Shown one piece after another: positions 55,056 to 63,885 of a DNA stretch of 64,000 nucleotides; within the stretch, counting starts at the first letter, position 1, and every line of letters starts with the position of its first letter. Position numbers and translations under genes: made by a program. The notes under the pieces were generated by a model. That model was not told where the DNA came from. It searched no databases and saw only the letters and a list, made by a program, of their open reading frames with translations. The DNA comes from a virus. Lineage: Duplodnaviria > Caudoviricetes. The stretch is taken from the IMG/VR virus record IMGVR_UViG_3300017780_003104, positions 128,001-192,000 of that record; one strand, 5' to 3'.

Positions 55056-56543
55056 ATGAAAACATTCTCTAAATTCTTCAAGGAAAGCATCAACTACAAT
55101 ATGGATGACTTTTCGGATAAATGGAAAAATGCTATCTCATCTTCAGAAGAATTAAGAGTTGGTCTAGAATTGATGACCAAAATTATCTCATTGTTTCCAA
55201 CGGGTGAGATATATATTGTTGGTGGTGTCCCTAGAGATTTACTTATGGGTAATGAAATAGATGATGTGGACATGGCGACCAACATACCATTCGAAGATTT
55301 ATCAAAACATTTTGAATTGAGGAATATATCCAAAAATGATTCACAACCCGTTTATACTATTCTGTATAATAATTATGCATTCGACTTAGCTAAGTTTAGA
55401 GAGGATACCCAAAGTGAGATGGGTAGACAAAGTAATGTATCGACTGAGGTTGATAGTTTTGAGACTGATACAAAACGTAGGGATATAACAATCAACAGTT
55501 TTGGCTTAGATCATAAAGGTAGAATAGTTGACTATCAAGGAGGTTTACAGGACTTGCAGAACAAAGTGATTCGGGCCGTTGGTAATGCCAAGGAGCGATT
55601 CAAAGAGGATGCTACTAGAATCCTCCGAGTATTTCGTTTTGCTGCTAAGATGGATTTTGATATTGAAGAAGAAACACTACAAGCCGCAAAAGAATTGAAG
55701 CATCTTCTACAAAATCCTAATTTAATTTCCCAAGAGAGTATTTCTCAAGAGATGTTTAAGGCAGCTAAATCTGGAAGAACACTATCTAATTTCCTACAAA
55801 AGTTGCAGGATGCTGGTATATTACAAGATATACTACCAGAGTTTTTAGAGATGGAAGAAATGACCCACAATCCAATACATCATCCTGAAGGTGGTAGTAA
55901 AGTATTAGGACATATTCACGAATGTCTGAAGGTATCACCATACTCAGATCCAGTTATAAACTTAGCAGTGTTATTCCACGATTTTGGAAAAGCCACAACC
56001 AGAGGTGATAAAAATGGACAGTCCACATATTATGGGCATGAAGCGGCGGGAGTTCCTATTGTTGAAAATATATTCAAACGATTGAGATTCTCTAAGCTTG
56101 GACCAAATGATAAGAAGAATATCTTAGCAGCAGTTGCGAGACATATGATGGTTCACAATTTAGATAACTTAAATCTTAAAACGTTGAGGAAGCTTATCCA
56201 CGACCCATCATGGGAAACGGTAAAGGCTGTATCTTATTGTGACGAGGCATCTCGCGGTCCCGGTCTATTCGATAAACAAAAGTTCTTAGATAAGATCGAA
56301 CTGGCAGAAAGTAAACTGAACACGATTCCCGGTGGTGCAGATGCGCTTAAAAAGCAAGTATCCGCAATCGTGAATGGTAACATGTTAATGCAGTGGTTTC
56401 CACAACTCCAAAAGGACAAAACTCAGATTGGATTGTATTTACCCAAGCTACAAGATTGGGTCGCTGATATGTTACTCAACAATCAAGAAGTAACACAACA
56501 AATGGTTCATAAGAAAGTTAAACAAATGATTCCTAAATCTTAA
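55056..56543 (+). CDS. cca: CCA-adding tRNA nucleotidyltransferase / poly(A) polymerase family with HD domain
   Basis: YIVGGVPRDLL, DVDMAT, DTKRRDITINS, RFKEDATRILRVFRFA, HHPEG, FHDFGK. Confidence 0.9.
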   Translation: MKTFSKFFKESINYNMDDFSDKWKNAISSSEELRVGLELMTKIISLFPTGEIYIVGGVPRDLLMGNEIDDVDMATNIPFEDLSKHFELRNISKNDSQPVYTILYNNYAFDLAKFREDTQSEMGRQSNVSTEVDSFETDTKRRDITINSFGLDHKGRIVDYQGGLQDLQNKVIRAVGNAKERFKEDATRILRVFRFAAKMDFDIEEETLQAAKELKHLLQNPNLISQESISQEMFKAAKSGRTLSNFLQKLQDAGILQDILPEFLEMEEMTHNPIHHPEGGSKVLGHIHECLKVSPYSDPVINLAVLFHDFGKATTRGDKNGQSTYYGHEAAGVPIVENIFKRLRFSKLGPNDKKNILAAVARHMMVHNLDNLNLKTLRKLIHDPSWETVKAVSYCDEASRGPGLFDKQKFLDKIELAESKLNTIPGGADALKKQVSAIVNGNMLMQWFPQLQKDKTQIGLYLPKLQDWVADMLLNNQEVTQQMVHKKVKQMIPKS

Positions 56544-56736
56544 AGATTGAATCCAGAAGACGATCTTCTGGTGTTTGTTTAAACACTTCTAAATTTTTAG
56601 GGATGTTTAAAATAGAATATGTCGATTTCTGATAATTTTCACTGCCCCATGCGGTTTCGTGAGGGTTTGATATATCATCGACATATTCCCACACATTTAA
56701 GTCATTCCATAGAATGATTTGTTTAATCCCGGCCAT
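56533..56736 (-). CDS. hypothetical protein
   Basis: ORF track. Confidence 0.45.
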   Translation of the reverse strand: MAGIKQIILWNDLNVWEYVDDISNPHETAWGSENYQKSTYSILNIPKNLEVFKQTPEDRLLDSIFKI

Positions 56737-57013
56737 GGATATGTATATGTAAAATATCCAATATGTGGTCAGCGAACCAACATATTGCAGATGAGTAAAA
56801 GGCTAATGATACCGCATGTCCAAGTGTGGATGTCCCAGAAAGAATCGCTTGTATATAACCAACGTGAAAGCCTATGCATAGTGAACATGATAATAATTTA
56901 TTGAAGAATTTTATTTTTTTAAGTGGTGTTCTAACTATGTCCAATATTTCTCCATATTTTATTATGAAACAACATCCAATTAGAACGAAGCTTTGGAATA
57001 TTAAATCAGCCAA
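56723..57013 (-). CDS. membrane protein with CxxC (DUF1360-like)
   Basis: LLSCSLCIGFH; hydrophobic helices. Confidence 0.6.
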   Translation of the reverse strand: MADLIFQSFVLIGCCFIIKYGEILDIVRTPLKKIKFFNKLLSCSLCIGFHVGYIQAILSGTSTLGHAVSLAFYSSAICWFADHILDILHIHIHGRD

Positions 57014-57221
57014 GTATCAATTTCTCCCCGTCTAAAGTTCTTACACCATCCGAAACAAGTTTAGCTTCCTCTTTAGTAATCTCAACTTCTTTCCCGAAAT
57101 CATCAGTGATTCTAACCATCCCATTTCCAAGATCAGTTATAACTGGGCATCCTTTTTTACCACAACATAATCGTACGGTATTATCTGTTTCTCGTTTAAT
57201 CATAGCTTCTATATTTAGCAT
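57006..57221 (-). CDS. hypothetical protein
   Basis: ORF track; CC...CP motif. Confidence 0.65.
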   Translation of the reverse strand: MLNIEAMIKRETDNTVRLCCGKKGCPVITDLGNGMVRITDDFGKEVEITKEEAKLVSDGVRTLDGEKLILG

Positions 57222-57239
57222 TAAAGTATGAATATATTG

Positions 57240-58094
57240 TTACTTATTTATATATTTTTTACAAACGTTTCCGGGAATTTGTTGTCTAAATTGTAACCAT
57301 CCTCTAAAATTGCCTGATATTCTATCTAAGTTTTTAGATGGGGTTGCTTGATGCTCGAACGGGCTAGCATGGGCGGGTTTTGAATGAACCAATCTCTCGT
57401 AAATTCTCAAAGCTTTCTCGACTGATTCATCTGATTTCCTATAGGACACTTGAGCACATAATGATGCGGATAATTTTATAGCATCTGTTAATGATATATC
57501 TAGTTCATGAAACGGAACAAATTCAGAATCTGGCATAATATTATATCCATCAACATATGGTAAATGCCACTCTCCAAGATTGAGTATATTTGGTTTGTTA
57601 TTTGAGTATAGATCCCACATAATTCTAGCTAATTCGTGAATTTCTGGTTGGGCATCTGGGTGATTTCTCAAGTAGAAGAAATTATCCCAATCGGTCGAAG
57701 ACGCAACTACCTTTATATGACTCCAAGGTTCTAATATTCTATTAGCTATTTGCTTGTGGACCTTAGTTCTCCCAAGAATCCATGCAAAAATACATACAAT
57801 TTTGCCAGTCACATTCCATATAAATTTAGCAGATTTTAAAGGAAACCCACGAAGATCTTCCTTAGCTTGCATACCACTTTGATTTTTACCCCAAGATACA
57901 GGTTCTGCTGGATTATTCCAAACTAATTTGATCATAGTTTGGAGTGGTATAGCTCTAGAACTGGCAGCATTTCTAGATAGCATCCGATGTGTCATAAACT
58001 CGCTGTGAATAAATCTCGGATACTCCAATTCAAAAGTTGTCAATCTTTTCCCATGCTTTGAAACACTATCTTTAATTATTTTTGCAGTAATCAT
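57240..58094 (-). CDS. thyX: FAD-dependent thymidylate synthase
   Basis: PRFIHSEFMTHRMLSRNAASSRAIP, HKQIANRILEP, HASPFEH. Confidence 0.9.
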   Translation of the reverse strand: MITAKIIKDSVSKHGKRLTTFELEYPRFIHSEFMTHRMLSRNAASSRAIPLQTMIKLVWNNPAEPVSWGKNQSGMQAKEDLRGFPLKSAKFIWNVTGKIVCIFAWILGRTKVHKQIANRILEPWSHIKVVASSTDWDNFFYLRNHPDAQPEIHELARIMWDLYSNNKPNILNLGEWHLPYVDGYNIMPDSEFVPFHELDISLTDAIKLSASLCAQVSYRKSDESVEKALRIYERLVHSKPAHASPFEHQATPSKNLDRISGNFRGWLQFRQQIPGNVCKKYINK

Positions 58095-58125
58095 TATTCT
58101 TATATTATATCAAAACTCTCCAAAG

Positions 58126-58506
58126 TCAAACACCTTTTTCGTAAATGTTTCCAATTTTCACGACACGACAAACATCACCGAATTTTTTAGTATTATCTAA
58201 AAAATGTTCGGATAAACAATCCCAGTCATCAAGCATCCATCTACCAAACGAATATTTTATTTCATACTCATCTGCCATGATGTTTGGATGATGAAAATAC
58301 AACTTTACTATATCTCCTTCGAAAAGTTCTTGCCCATATAAATCATGCAGTTCCGTGGACCTCAACACCTTATATGAATTTTCGGGTGCTTCAAGAAGAC
58401 CACCATCCATTATATCTTCGAAATATAATTTTCCGTATGGGTTTATATACCAGTTGCTACCATCTAAGTATCTACCTAATTTAGTTAACCATATTTTAAA
58501 TTTCAT
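58126..58506 (-). CDS. YopX-like protein
   Basis: MKFKIW, STELHD..G.ELFEGDIV, IGNIYE. Confidence 0.75.
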   Translation of the reverse strand: MKFKIWLTKLGRYLDGSNWYINPYGKLYFEDIMDGGLLEAPENSYKVLRSTELHDLYGQELFEGDIVKLYFHHPNIMADEYEIKYSFGRWMLDDWDCLSEHFLDNTKKFGDVCRVVKIGNIYEKGV

Positions 58507-58874
58507 ATTTTAATCTTTCCAACAACTTCTACCTTAACGGTTGTAATTCCTCGTTTAACAAATCCTAATTTCTTAGCAACACCAATAGTTAAATCTATTA
58601 TTCGTCCTCTTTTATATGGACCACGATCAGTAATCTTTACAACTTCACTTTTTCCATTTTCTAGATTGGTAACTTTCACTAAAGTTCCAAATGGAAGAGT
58701 TTTATGGGCTGCTGTATTAGCATTATTTTCAAGTTTATGACCACTTGCAGTGCGGATACCGCCATTACATTTAGTGGAATAGTGGGATGCTTTCCCAACT
58801 TCCATGGCATTTACTGTAGAAATTGGATATACTTGCGCGATTATAAACAAAATGGGGATAATTAATATTCTCAT
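58503..58874 (-). CDS. rlpA: RlpA-like (DPBB) lytic transglycosylase
   Basis: GKASHY, TASG, AAHKTLPFGT.VKVTN, ITDRGPY..GRIIDL. Confidence 0.9.
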   Translation of the reverse strand: MRILIIPILFIIAQVYPISTVNAMEVGKASHYSTKCNGGIRTASGHKLENNANTAAHKTLPFGTLVKVTNLENGKSEVVKITDRGPYKRGRIIDLTIGVAKKLGFVKRGITTVKVEVVGKIKI

Positions 58875-58943
58875 TGGCCTATTTAATCATAATTTCGATA
58901 TTTGTCAACTGTATTGGGTAAATATTAACACACTTACTACACA

Positions 58944-59288
58944 ATGATAGCAGATAAAAAAGATGAATATGAGGTAAAAACGGAAATTGCGGGATGGTCA
59001 TTAAAACTATCTGGATTTGTGATGTCTATTGCTATAGTATTATCTTCTTGGTTCTTAAATCAAGCATGGGACAGGATAAATTTAATCGAACATACAGTTA
59101 AAGTATTAGAACTATCTGATGCTAAACATGATAGTAGCACCATCTCATCTTATGATTTCGGCAAATATAAGGAAGCTCTAGATCATAAATCATATGAATT
59201 AGATCGTAGAATCACTAGACTTGAAGAATCATTACCCGTAATTAAAGATACTCTATTGGAGATTAAAAATACAATTAGATTAAAATGA
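58944..59288 (+). CDS. membrane-anchored coiled-coil protein (lysis module)
   Basis: Single TM segment; position upstream of the endolysin. Confidence 0.55.
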   Translation: MIADKKDEYEVKTEIAGWSLKLSGFVMSIAIVLSSWFLNQAWDRINLIEHTVKVLELSDAKHDSSTISSYDFGKYKEALDHKSYELDRRITRLEESLPVIKDTLLEIKNTIRLK

Positions 59289-60007
59289 ATAAGAGAAAAT
59301 ATACTCTTCGTAATAGAAGATTGTCGATAATATCGGTATTAATACCATGCTGTTTATTATTTGGGTGCGCTAAAGATATAACACCTTCACTAATAATTCA
59401 AACACCCCCAAAGACAGAAAGCGCAATCCCCCATTTCAAGAAGGTTGAAAACGGAATAGATAGGAGTATCCAATCAAATACTAAAATTGATAGTAAGATA
59501 AAAGAGCAGAAGGGCGCACTTCTAGATCAAAAAATAGTAATCGAAGAAACGATAACTAAAATTGAGAGATTGGTCGAACAAGTTACTGCACATAAGACAA
59601 TCCAAGAAATAGATGCCATCGATATTTTAAATTCTATTAAAACTATTCACACTAGAAATCTTTTCTTAGAAACCCAAAACAATGAATTGACTCAAATTTT
59701 ATCAGAACAAGAAGGAATTCTAAAAATGACCAAGGAGGATGCATCCATAACCTATAGAAAATTAATAGATAAAGAAGAAGAAGTTAATAGATTGCGAGAA
59801 TTGAATAAATTAATAGCAAATAATTTAGTTGCTAAAGATAATGACATTAGAACTTTACAAAATTCTCTCCAAAAGGAGAAGATTAATTCAGCAAGAGCGA
59901 ATGTTTATAGAAATTGGGTATATGGATTAGCTGGAAGTTTTATTGCGTGGTTAATTATCAAAAATATACTTATGGTATATTTTCCTCTGGCAAGATTTAG
60001 AATTTAA
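59285..60007 (+). CDS. lipoprotein-like coiled-coil protein with C-terminal TM (spanin-like)
   Basis: LLFGC lipobox; long coiled coil; C-terminal hydrophobic helix. Confidence 0.55.
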   Translation: MNKRKYTLRNRRLSIISVLIPCCLLFGCAKDITPSLIIQTPPKTESAIPHFKKVENGIDRSIQSNTKIDSKIKEQKGALLDQKIVIEETITKIERLVEQVTAHKTIQEIDAIDILNSIKTIHTRNLFLETQNNELTQILSEQEGILKMTKEDASITYRKLIDKEEEVNRLRELNKLIANNLVAKDNDIRTLQNSLQKEKINSARANVYRNWVYGLAGSFIAWLIIKNILMVYFPLARFRI

Positions 60008-60019
60008 CTAAATAGTAAT

Positions 60020-60376
60020 ATGGATACAAATAACACACCACCAGATAATAATACTGGAGTTAAAAGAGATTGGTTAATTGCGGGCGGTTCGGCTGCTGGA
60101 TTTTTCGCACTATTGAAAGGTGCTGGTTGGGTTGATGATAAATTCGATTTCGCTGCAATATTTAATGTGATAGATATCACACTTATAGCAGCCAAGGTTG
60201 CATTCGCTTCAGCTTTAGCTTGGACTGTTAAGAAATTTATTTTTAGAAATACACTAGGTAAAGATTTTGGAGAAACTTTCGACACTGGCTGGGATAAAAT
60301 CTCAAGTGATGAAAAAGTAAGGTGGATATTAATAATGTTTATTGTTATATTCTCCACAGTTATGTTCAACTTCTAA
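60020..60376 (+). CDS. holin-like membrane protein
   Basis: Three hydrophobic segments directly before the endolysin. Confidence 0.5.
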   Translation: MDTNNTPPDNNTGVKRDWLIAGGSAAGFFALLKGAGWVDDKFDFAAIFNVIDITLIAAKVAFASALAWTVKKFIFRNTLGKDFGETFDTGWDKISSDEKVRWILIMFIVIFSTVMFNF

Positions 60377-61086
60377 TGAAGAAATTTATAATATTTCTGT
60401 TATTAACATTAACTGTTAATGCTGGTCCAAATGATATAATATCAGATGGTTTAAGTTTGCAGATTTCTCAGAAATCTGTAGATCATATTATATATTATGA
60501 AGTTGGCGGTAGATCGTATTATAATTCCAATTATACTAGACCGATGGTACCAGCTTGGAGGACAACTGCGAGTGGTGTCACTGTAGGGTTTGGGTTTGAT
60601 TTAGGATACAACACCCCATCTCAAATTCAAAAAGCATTTGATGGCATATTATCACCATCTGAAATCAAAGCTATGCAAGAAGTATCCGGTTTAAAAGGTA
60701 GAGATGCATATTACAATGGATTGGCAAAAGTTAAATATATAATTAAATTATCTTATGAGCAATCAGAAGAGGTATTTAAACGTGATAGTTTGCCAAGATT
60801 CACCAAACAAACAGCTGATGCATTTAATCTCACACCAACTAGATTATCCCCACACTCTAATGGGGCATTGACATCATTAGTGTTTAATCGTGGACCATCA
60901 CTGGCTAATACAGACTCTAGAAAAGAAATGAGATGGATAAAGTATAATATATCAATCGGTCAAGAATCTAAAGTTCCATCTGATATAAAATCCATGAAAC
61001 GTCTTTGGAGTTATACAAAACTCAAAGGATTACATCTTAGACGAGATGCCGAAGCTTCATTATTTTCTGATGGATTGTCTAAGTGA
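60376..61086 (+). CDS. endolysin, pesticin/lysozyme-like muramidase with signal peptide
   Basis: YYEVGG, SGVTVGFGFDLG, ALTSLVFNRG, LRRDAEASLF; start moved to ATG 60376. Confidence 0.8.
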   Translation: MKKFIIFLLLTLTVNAGPNDIISDGLSLQISQKSVDHIIYYEVGGRSYYNSNYTRPMVPAWRTTASGVTVGFGFDLGYNTPSQIQKAFDGILSPSEIKAMQEVSGLKGRDAYYNGLAKVKYIIKLSYEQSEEVFKRDSLPRFTKQTADAFNLTPTRLSPHSNGALTSLVFNRGPSLANTDSRKEMRWIKYNISIGQESKVPSDIKSMKRLWSYTKLKGLHLRRDAEASLFSDGLSK

Positions 61087-61404
61087 CTTTCCCCTCACAA
61101 GTTCTCTAATTTCAGTTTTAACTAAAATACCACGCTTGTCCCATATTTCGACAAGTTTTGAAATATCAGGAATGTGATATGATTCAAATATACATTCCAC
61201 TAATGATCCAATAGAAGCACCATCATCGTTATATCTCAACTCATAACAATCAACACATGTTTTATATGATGATCCTTGATTGTCCCAAACACCGGAACAA
61301 TAATGATATCTTTCTTTATATAAAATAGTCCCACGACATTCACAACATTTGTGGGGTTTTCTAGACACTCTCCATTTTTCACAGTAAGCTTGTGGGTATT
61401 CCAT
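61060..61404 (-). CDS. Zn-binding hypothetical protein
   Basis: RKPHKCCEC...KTCVDC. Confidence 0.65.
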   Translation of the reverse strand: MEYPQAYCEKWRVSRKPHKCCECRGTILYKERYHYCSGVWDNQGSSYKTCVDCYELRYNDDGASIGSLVECIFESYHIPDISKLVEIWDKRGILVKTEIRELVRGKSLRQSIRK

Positions 61405-61439
61405 GAGTCTAGAATAGACTGATTTTTGAATTTGTCAAG

Positions 61440-61510
61440 AGTCCCGTGAGGTAATCGAAACCCCAACTGCGAATTTGCAATCCGCCGCCTTACCATTTGA
61501 CCAACGAGAC
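61440..61510 (-). tRNA. tRNA-Cys(GCA)
   Basis: Cloverleaf; U73; no encoded CCA. Confidence 0.9.
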
Positions 61511-61516
61511 TTTATG

Positions 61517-61588
61517 CAGGTCCACTACGAATCGAACGCAGATTTTCTGGTTTGGAATCAGAAGTATTAACCGTTATACGATGGACCT
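61517..61588 (-). tRNA. tRNA-Trp(CCA)
   Basis: Cloverleaf; G73; no encoded CCA. Confidence 0.9.
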
Positions 61589-61600
61589 ATTTTATTTATG

Positions 61601-61685
61601 CGGAAGATGTTAGGATCGAACTAACGCCACCTTTCGGTGGGACTCTGTTTAGCAAACAGGCAGATTACCACTCTCTCAATCTTCC
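61601..61685 (-). tRNA. tRNA-Ser(GCU)
   Basis: Cloverleaf with long variable arm; G73; no encoded CCA. Confidence 0.9.
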
Positions 61686-62135
61686 TTAATTCATTTCCCA
61701 CACACCGGATTCATTTTTCATATAGTATCCCTCGGCATGAGATATATTTAAAGTTTTATATGGTATTCCTATATCACCAGTTTTTTGATACATCTTCCCA
61801 TCTTTAATCACAACACCTTCAACTGCACCGAAAGGATTCGGAAATAATACATTTGGAACCATTTCTATATCCCCCAACTTATATCTAACTTGTGGTATGA
61901 AAAACTTAAAAAATCCATTATCAATAATACCAGCTTTTAACCATTCAAATAATAAAGTTTCATATTCTTCCAACTTTAAGGAAACGTATTCCTTTTTATC
62001 TTCTGGGGTTTCTTCTATATGTTGACTGGAGAAATCTACAACAGGTTTCCAATATTCAATTGCTTCTTCTTTGGTTCTGATAATTTTATTATCTCCAGTG
62101 TAATCACTAATAGGTCTTTGGTATTCTTTATTCAT
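61686..62135 (-). CDS. hypothetical protein
   Basis: Start moved to MNKEY to avoid overlapping tRNA-Val. Confidence 0.6.
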   Translation of the reverse strand: MNKEYQRPISDYTGDNKIIRTKEEAIEYWKPVVDFSSQHIEETPEDKKEYVSLKLEEYETLLFEWLKAGIIDNGFFKFFIPQVRYKLGDIEMVPNVLFPNPFGAVEGVVIKDGKMYQKTGDIGIPYKTLNISHAEGYYMKNESGVWEMN

Positions 62136-62144
62136 AATTTTATT

Positions 62145-62219
62145 TGGTGGGAATGGAGAATTTTGCAATCTCAACCTTCTGAATGTAAATCAGTTGCTCC
62201 ACTTTTGAGCTACACTCCC
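62145..62219 (-). tRNA. tRNA-Val(UAC) with atypical T-loop
   Basis: GGGAGTG/CATTCCC-A-CCA; loop TT-TAC-AT; T-loop lacks TTC. Confidence 0.8.
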
Positions 62220-62917
62220 TTAAATTTTGTCCAATATCCTCTGGATGGTTTTGATATATTATGCTCTCTACAAAAATTCTTAACTGCTGTATCAGATACC
62301 CCCAACTGCTTAGATATCTTTGTAGTCGGGATTTTCCATATCAAATTTTCCATTTCTTCTTTAGAAGGCCATTTAATTTTATGTTTATCGTCACATAATT
62401 TACAATTAATAGAATCTTTTAGTTTTATATTACCACAACTACAGTAGTATGTTGGTTTTCTAATTTTTCTATTTCTTCCCGAATACGTTTCGGTTTGACT
62501 ATGACAATTTGGACATAATAATCTTAAATTTGTTTTTCTATGATCTAAATTATTGCCGTTTGTATGATCTAAATGTAAGGTTATTGGTATACCATTCCAA
62601 TCCGATATTTTACAAATTTCACATACGTATTCTCTCTCTAATAATAATCTTTCCTTTGCTGTTTTTCTATCTGTATATTTTCCACACTCTACAAAAATCT
62701 CATCATCACACCTCTTCGGTTTATATTCTTTAAATTGTTCTTTATTACTCTCGAATTTCTCTACATCTAACGATTTCATTCTATCTAGTAGACGACTGGA
62801 AAGATATCCACCATTGGATTTGTAACCTATGGCAAATATTATCTGCGTTAATGATGATTTTGTGTCGAGTAAATTTTGAAGACTTACATCTGAGATTGTT
62901 TGTAAATTTTGAGTCAT
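62210..62917 (-). CDS. free-standing HNH endonuclease
   Basis: CEIC, LHLDHTNGNN.DHR..NLRLLCPNCHSQT; C-terminal HTH-like segment. Confidence 0.9.
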   Translation of the reverse strand: MTQNLQTISDVSLQNLLDTKSSLTQIIFAIGYKSNGGYLSSRLLDRMKSLDVEKFESNKEQFKEYKPKRCDDEIFVECGKYTDRKTAKERLLLEREYVCEICKISDWNGIPITLHLDHTNGNNLDHRKTNLRLLCPNCHSQTETYSGRNRKIRKPTYYCSCGNIKLKDSINCKLCDDKHKIKWPSKEEMENLIWKIPTTKISKQLGVSDTAVKNFCREHNISKPSRGYWTKFKGV

Positions 62918-62957
62918 ACTATTATTTAGTATAACGGTGATATTTTATTCAGTATTC

Positions 62958-62995
62958 GATTCAAATCTAAGGCACTACCATTATGCAATTCTCCC
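62958..62995 (-). pseudogene. 5' half tRNA remnant
   Basis: GGGAGAA-TT-GCAT-AATGGTA-GTGC-C-TTAGA-TTTGAAT, then the 3' half is missing. Confidence 0.55.
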
Positions 62996-63001
62996 ATTAT
63001 T

Positions 63002-63238
63002 TTAACCTAACCCTTTTATTCCACCGGAAGAAATTCCTTTCTCATACCAATCCTTTGCAGCACCAGAGTAGTAACTTATTTTACCACAAGCATCACACTT
63101 GATTCTATGTAAATCCATATCATTTTCCCAAGATACCCAATTTTTTTCATACTCATCTTCGTCCTCTCCAGTGTAAGGATTGTTATATGTGACAACATTC
63201 CATTCCCACTCTCCATGTTCACATTCGTCATCGTTCAT
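63002..63238 (-). CDS. hypothetical protein
   Basis: ORF track. Confidence 0.55.
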   Translation of the reverse strand: MNDDECEHGEWEWNVVTYNNPYTGEDEDEYEKNWVSWENDMDLHRIKCDACGKISYYSGAAKDWYEKGISSGGIKGLG

Positions 63239-63474
63239 ATATCAGATGCTTGTCTTTGTTTTTTATACAGTTGAGATTGAAAGTCTGCTTCTTCGTGTCC
63301 CATTTTACCATCAGACACACCCATAACTTCCCAACCATCTTGCCAAGAACCATCGTCAAGTTTAATCTTAATAAACTTTCCAACGTTTGCAAATGATTCG
63401 GGAATCCATGCCATGTGATTAGAATCAATTCTTTTCAATGCACATTGTCTATAATTCGTATTTTTCTTTTTCAT
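63235..63474 (-). CDS. hypothetical protein
   Basis: ORF track. Confidence 0.65.
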   Translation of the reverse strand: MKKKNTNYRQCALKRIDSNHMAWIPESFANVGKFIKIKLDDGSWQDGWEVMGVSDGKMGHEEADFQSQLYKKQRQASDI

Positions 63475-63486
63475 AATTTTAAATTC

Positions 63487-63573
63487 TGGCGGGTGGTGAA
63501 GGTAACGCTCCCTCTCCGCTCATCACGGAGGCCAAGTTTTCAAGACTTGTTTGTGACTTTCACACCACCACCC
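63487..63573 (-). tRNA. non-canonical tRNA-Ser-like (UGA anticodon)
   Basis: 7-bp acceptor + G73 + CCA; 3-nt D-loop; long variable arm; T-loop AGCGTTA. Confidence 0.75.
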
Positions 63574-63587
63574 ATTTATTTTATATG

Positions 63588-63660
63588 TAGAGGGAGAGGT
63601 ATTCGAAACCTCTCTGGAAAGATCAAAACTTTCAGTGCTAGACCATTACACTACCCCTCA
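63588..63660 (-). tRNA. tRNA-Gln(UUG)
   Basis: Cloverleaf; loop TT-TTG-AT; 1:72 mismatch; no encoded CCA. Confidence 0.85.
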
Positions 63661-63885
63661 ATTTATTTCACTATAATATGTTGTTCTACTACATTTTACT
63701 TCTTTTTCCCTTCCACACCACCAACAACCAGTTCCAAGTCCATGACACTTACTAGTATTCCTAATAAATTTAACTGGAACATTATGAATCACACAACACC
63801 ACTTAGGTAATATATGTCGTTCTGATGCGGCTTGTGGATTGTTCATATGGAAGAAATTATCCCAATCAGACTTAAATTGTTTCAT
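63658..63885 (-). CDS. hypothetical protein
   Basis: ORF track; Cys-rich; stop overlaps the 5' end of tRNA-Gln. Confidence 0.5.
   Translation of the reverse strand: MKQFKSDWDNFFHMNNPQAASERHILPKWCCVIHNVPVKFIRNTSKCHGLGTGCWWCGREKEVKCSRTTYYSEIN

Noticed and set aside
61686-62135. Major capsid protein N-terminal fragment (EYWKPVVD resembles gp23 KW.P..)
   Set aside because: The similarity is only a few residues and there is no other capsid feature.
62019-62447. Plus-strand ORF and other long antisense shadow ORFs across the window
   Set aside because: They lie antisense to well-supported genes or tRNAs, lack promoter or coupling signals, and have no family motifs.
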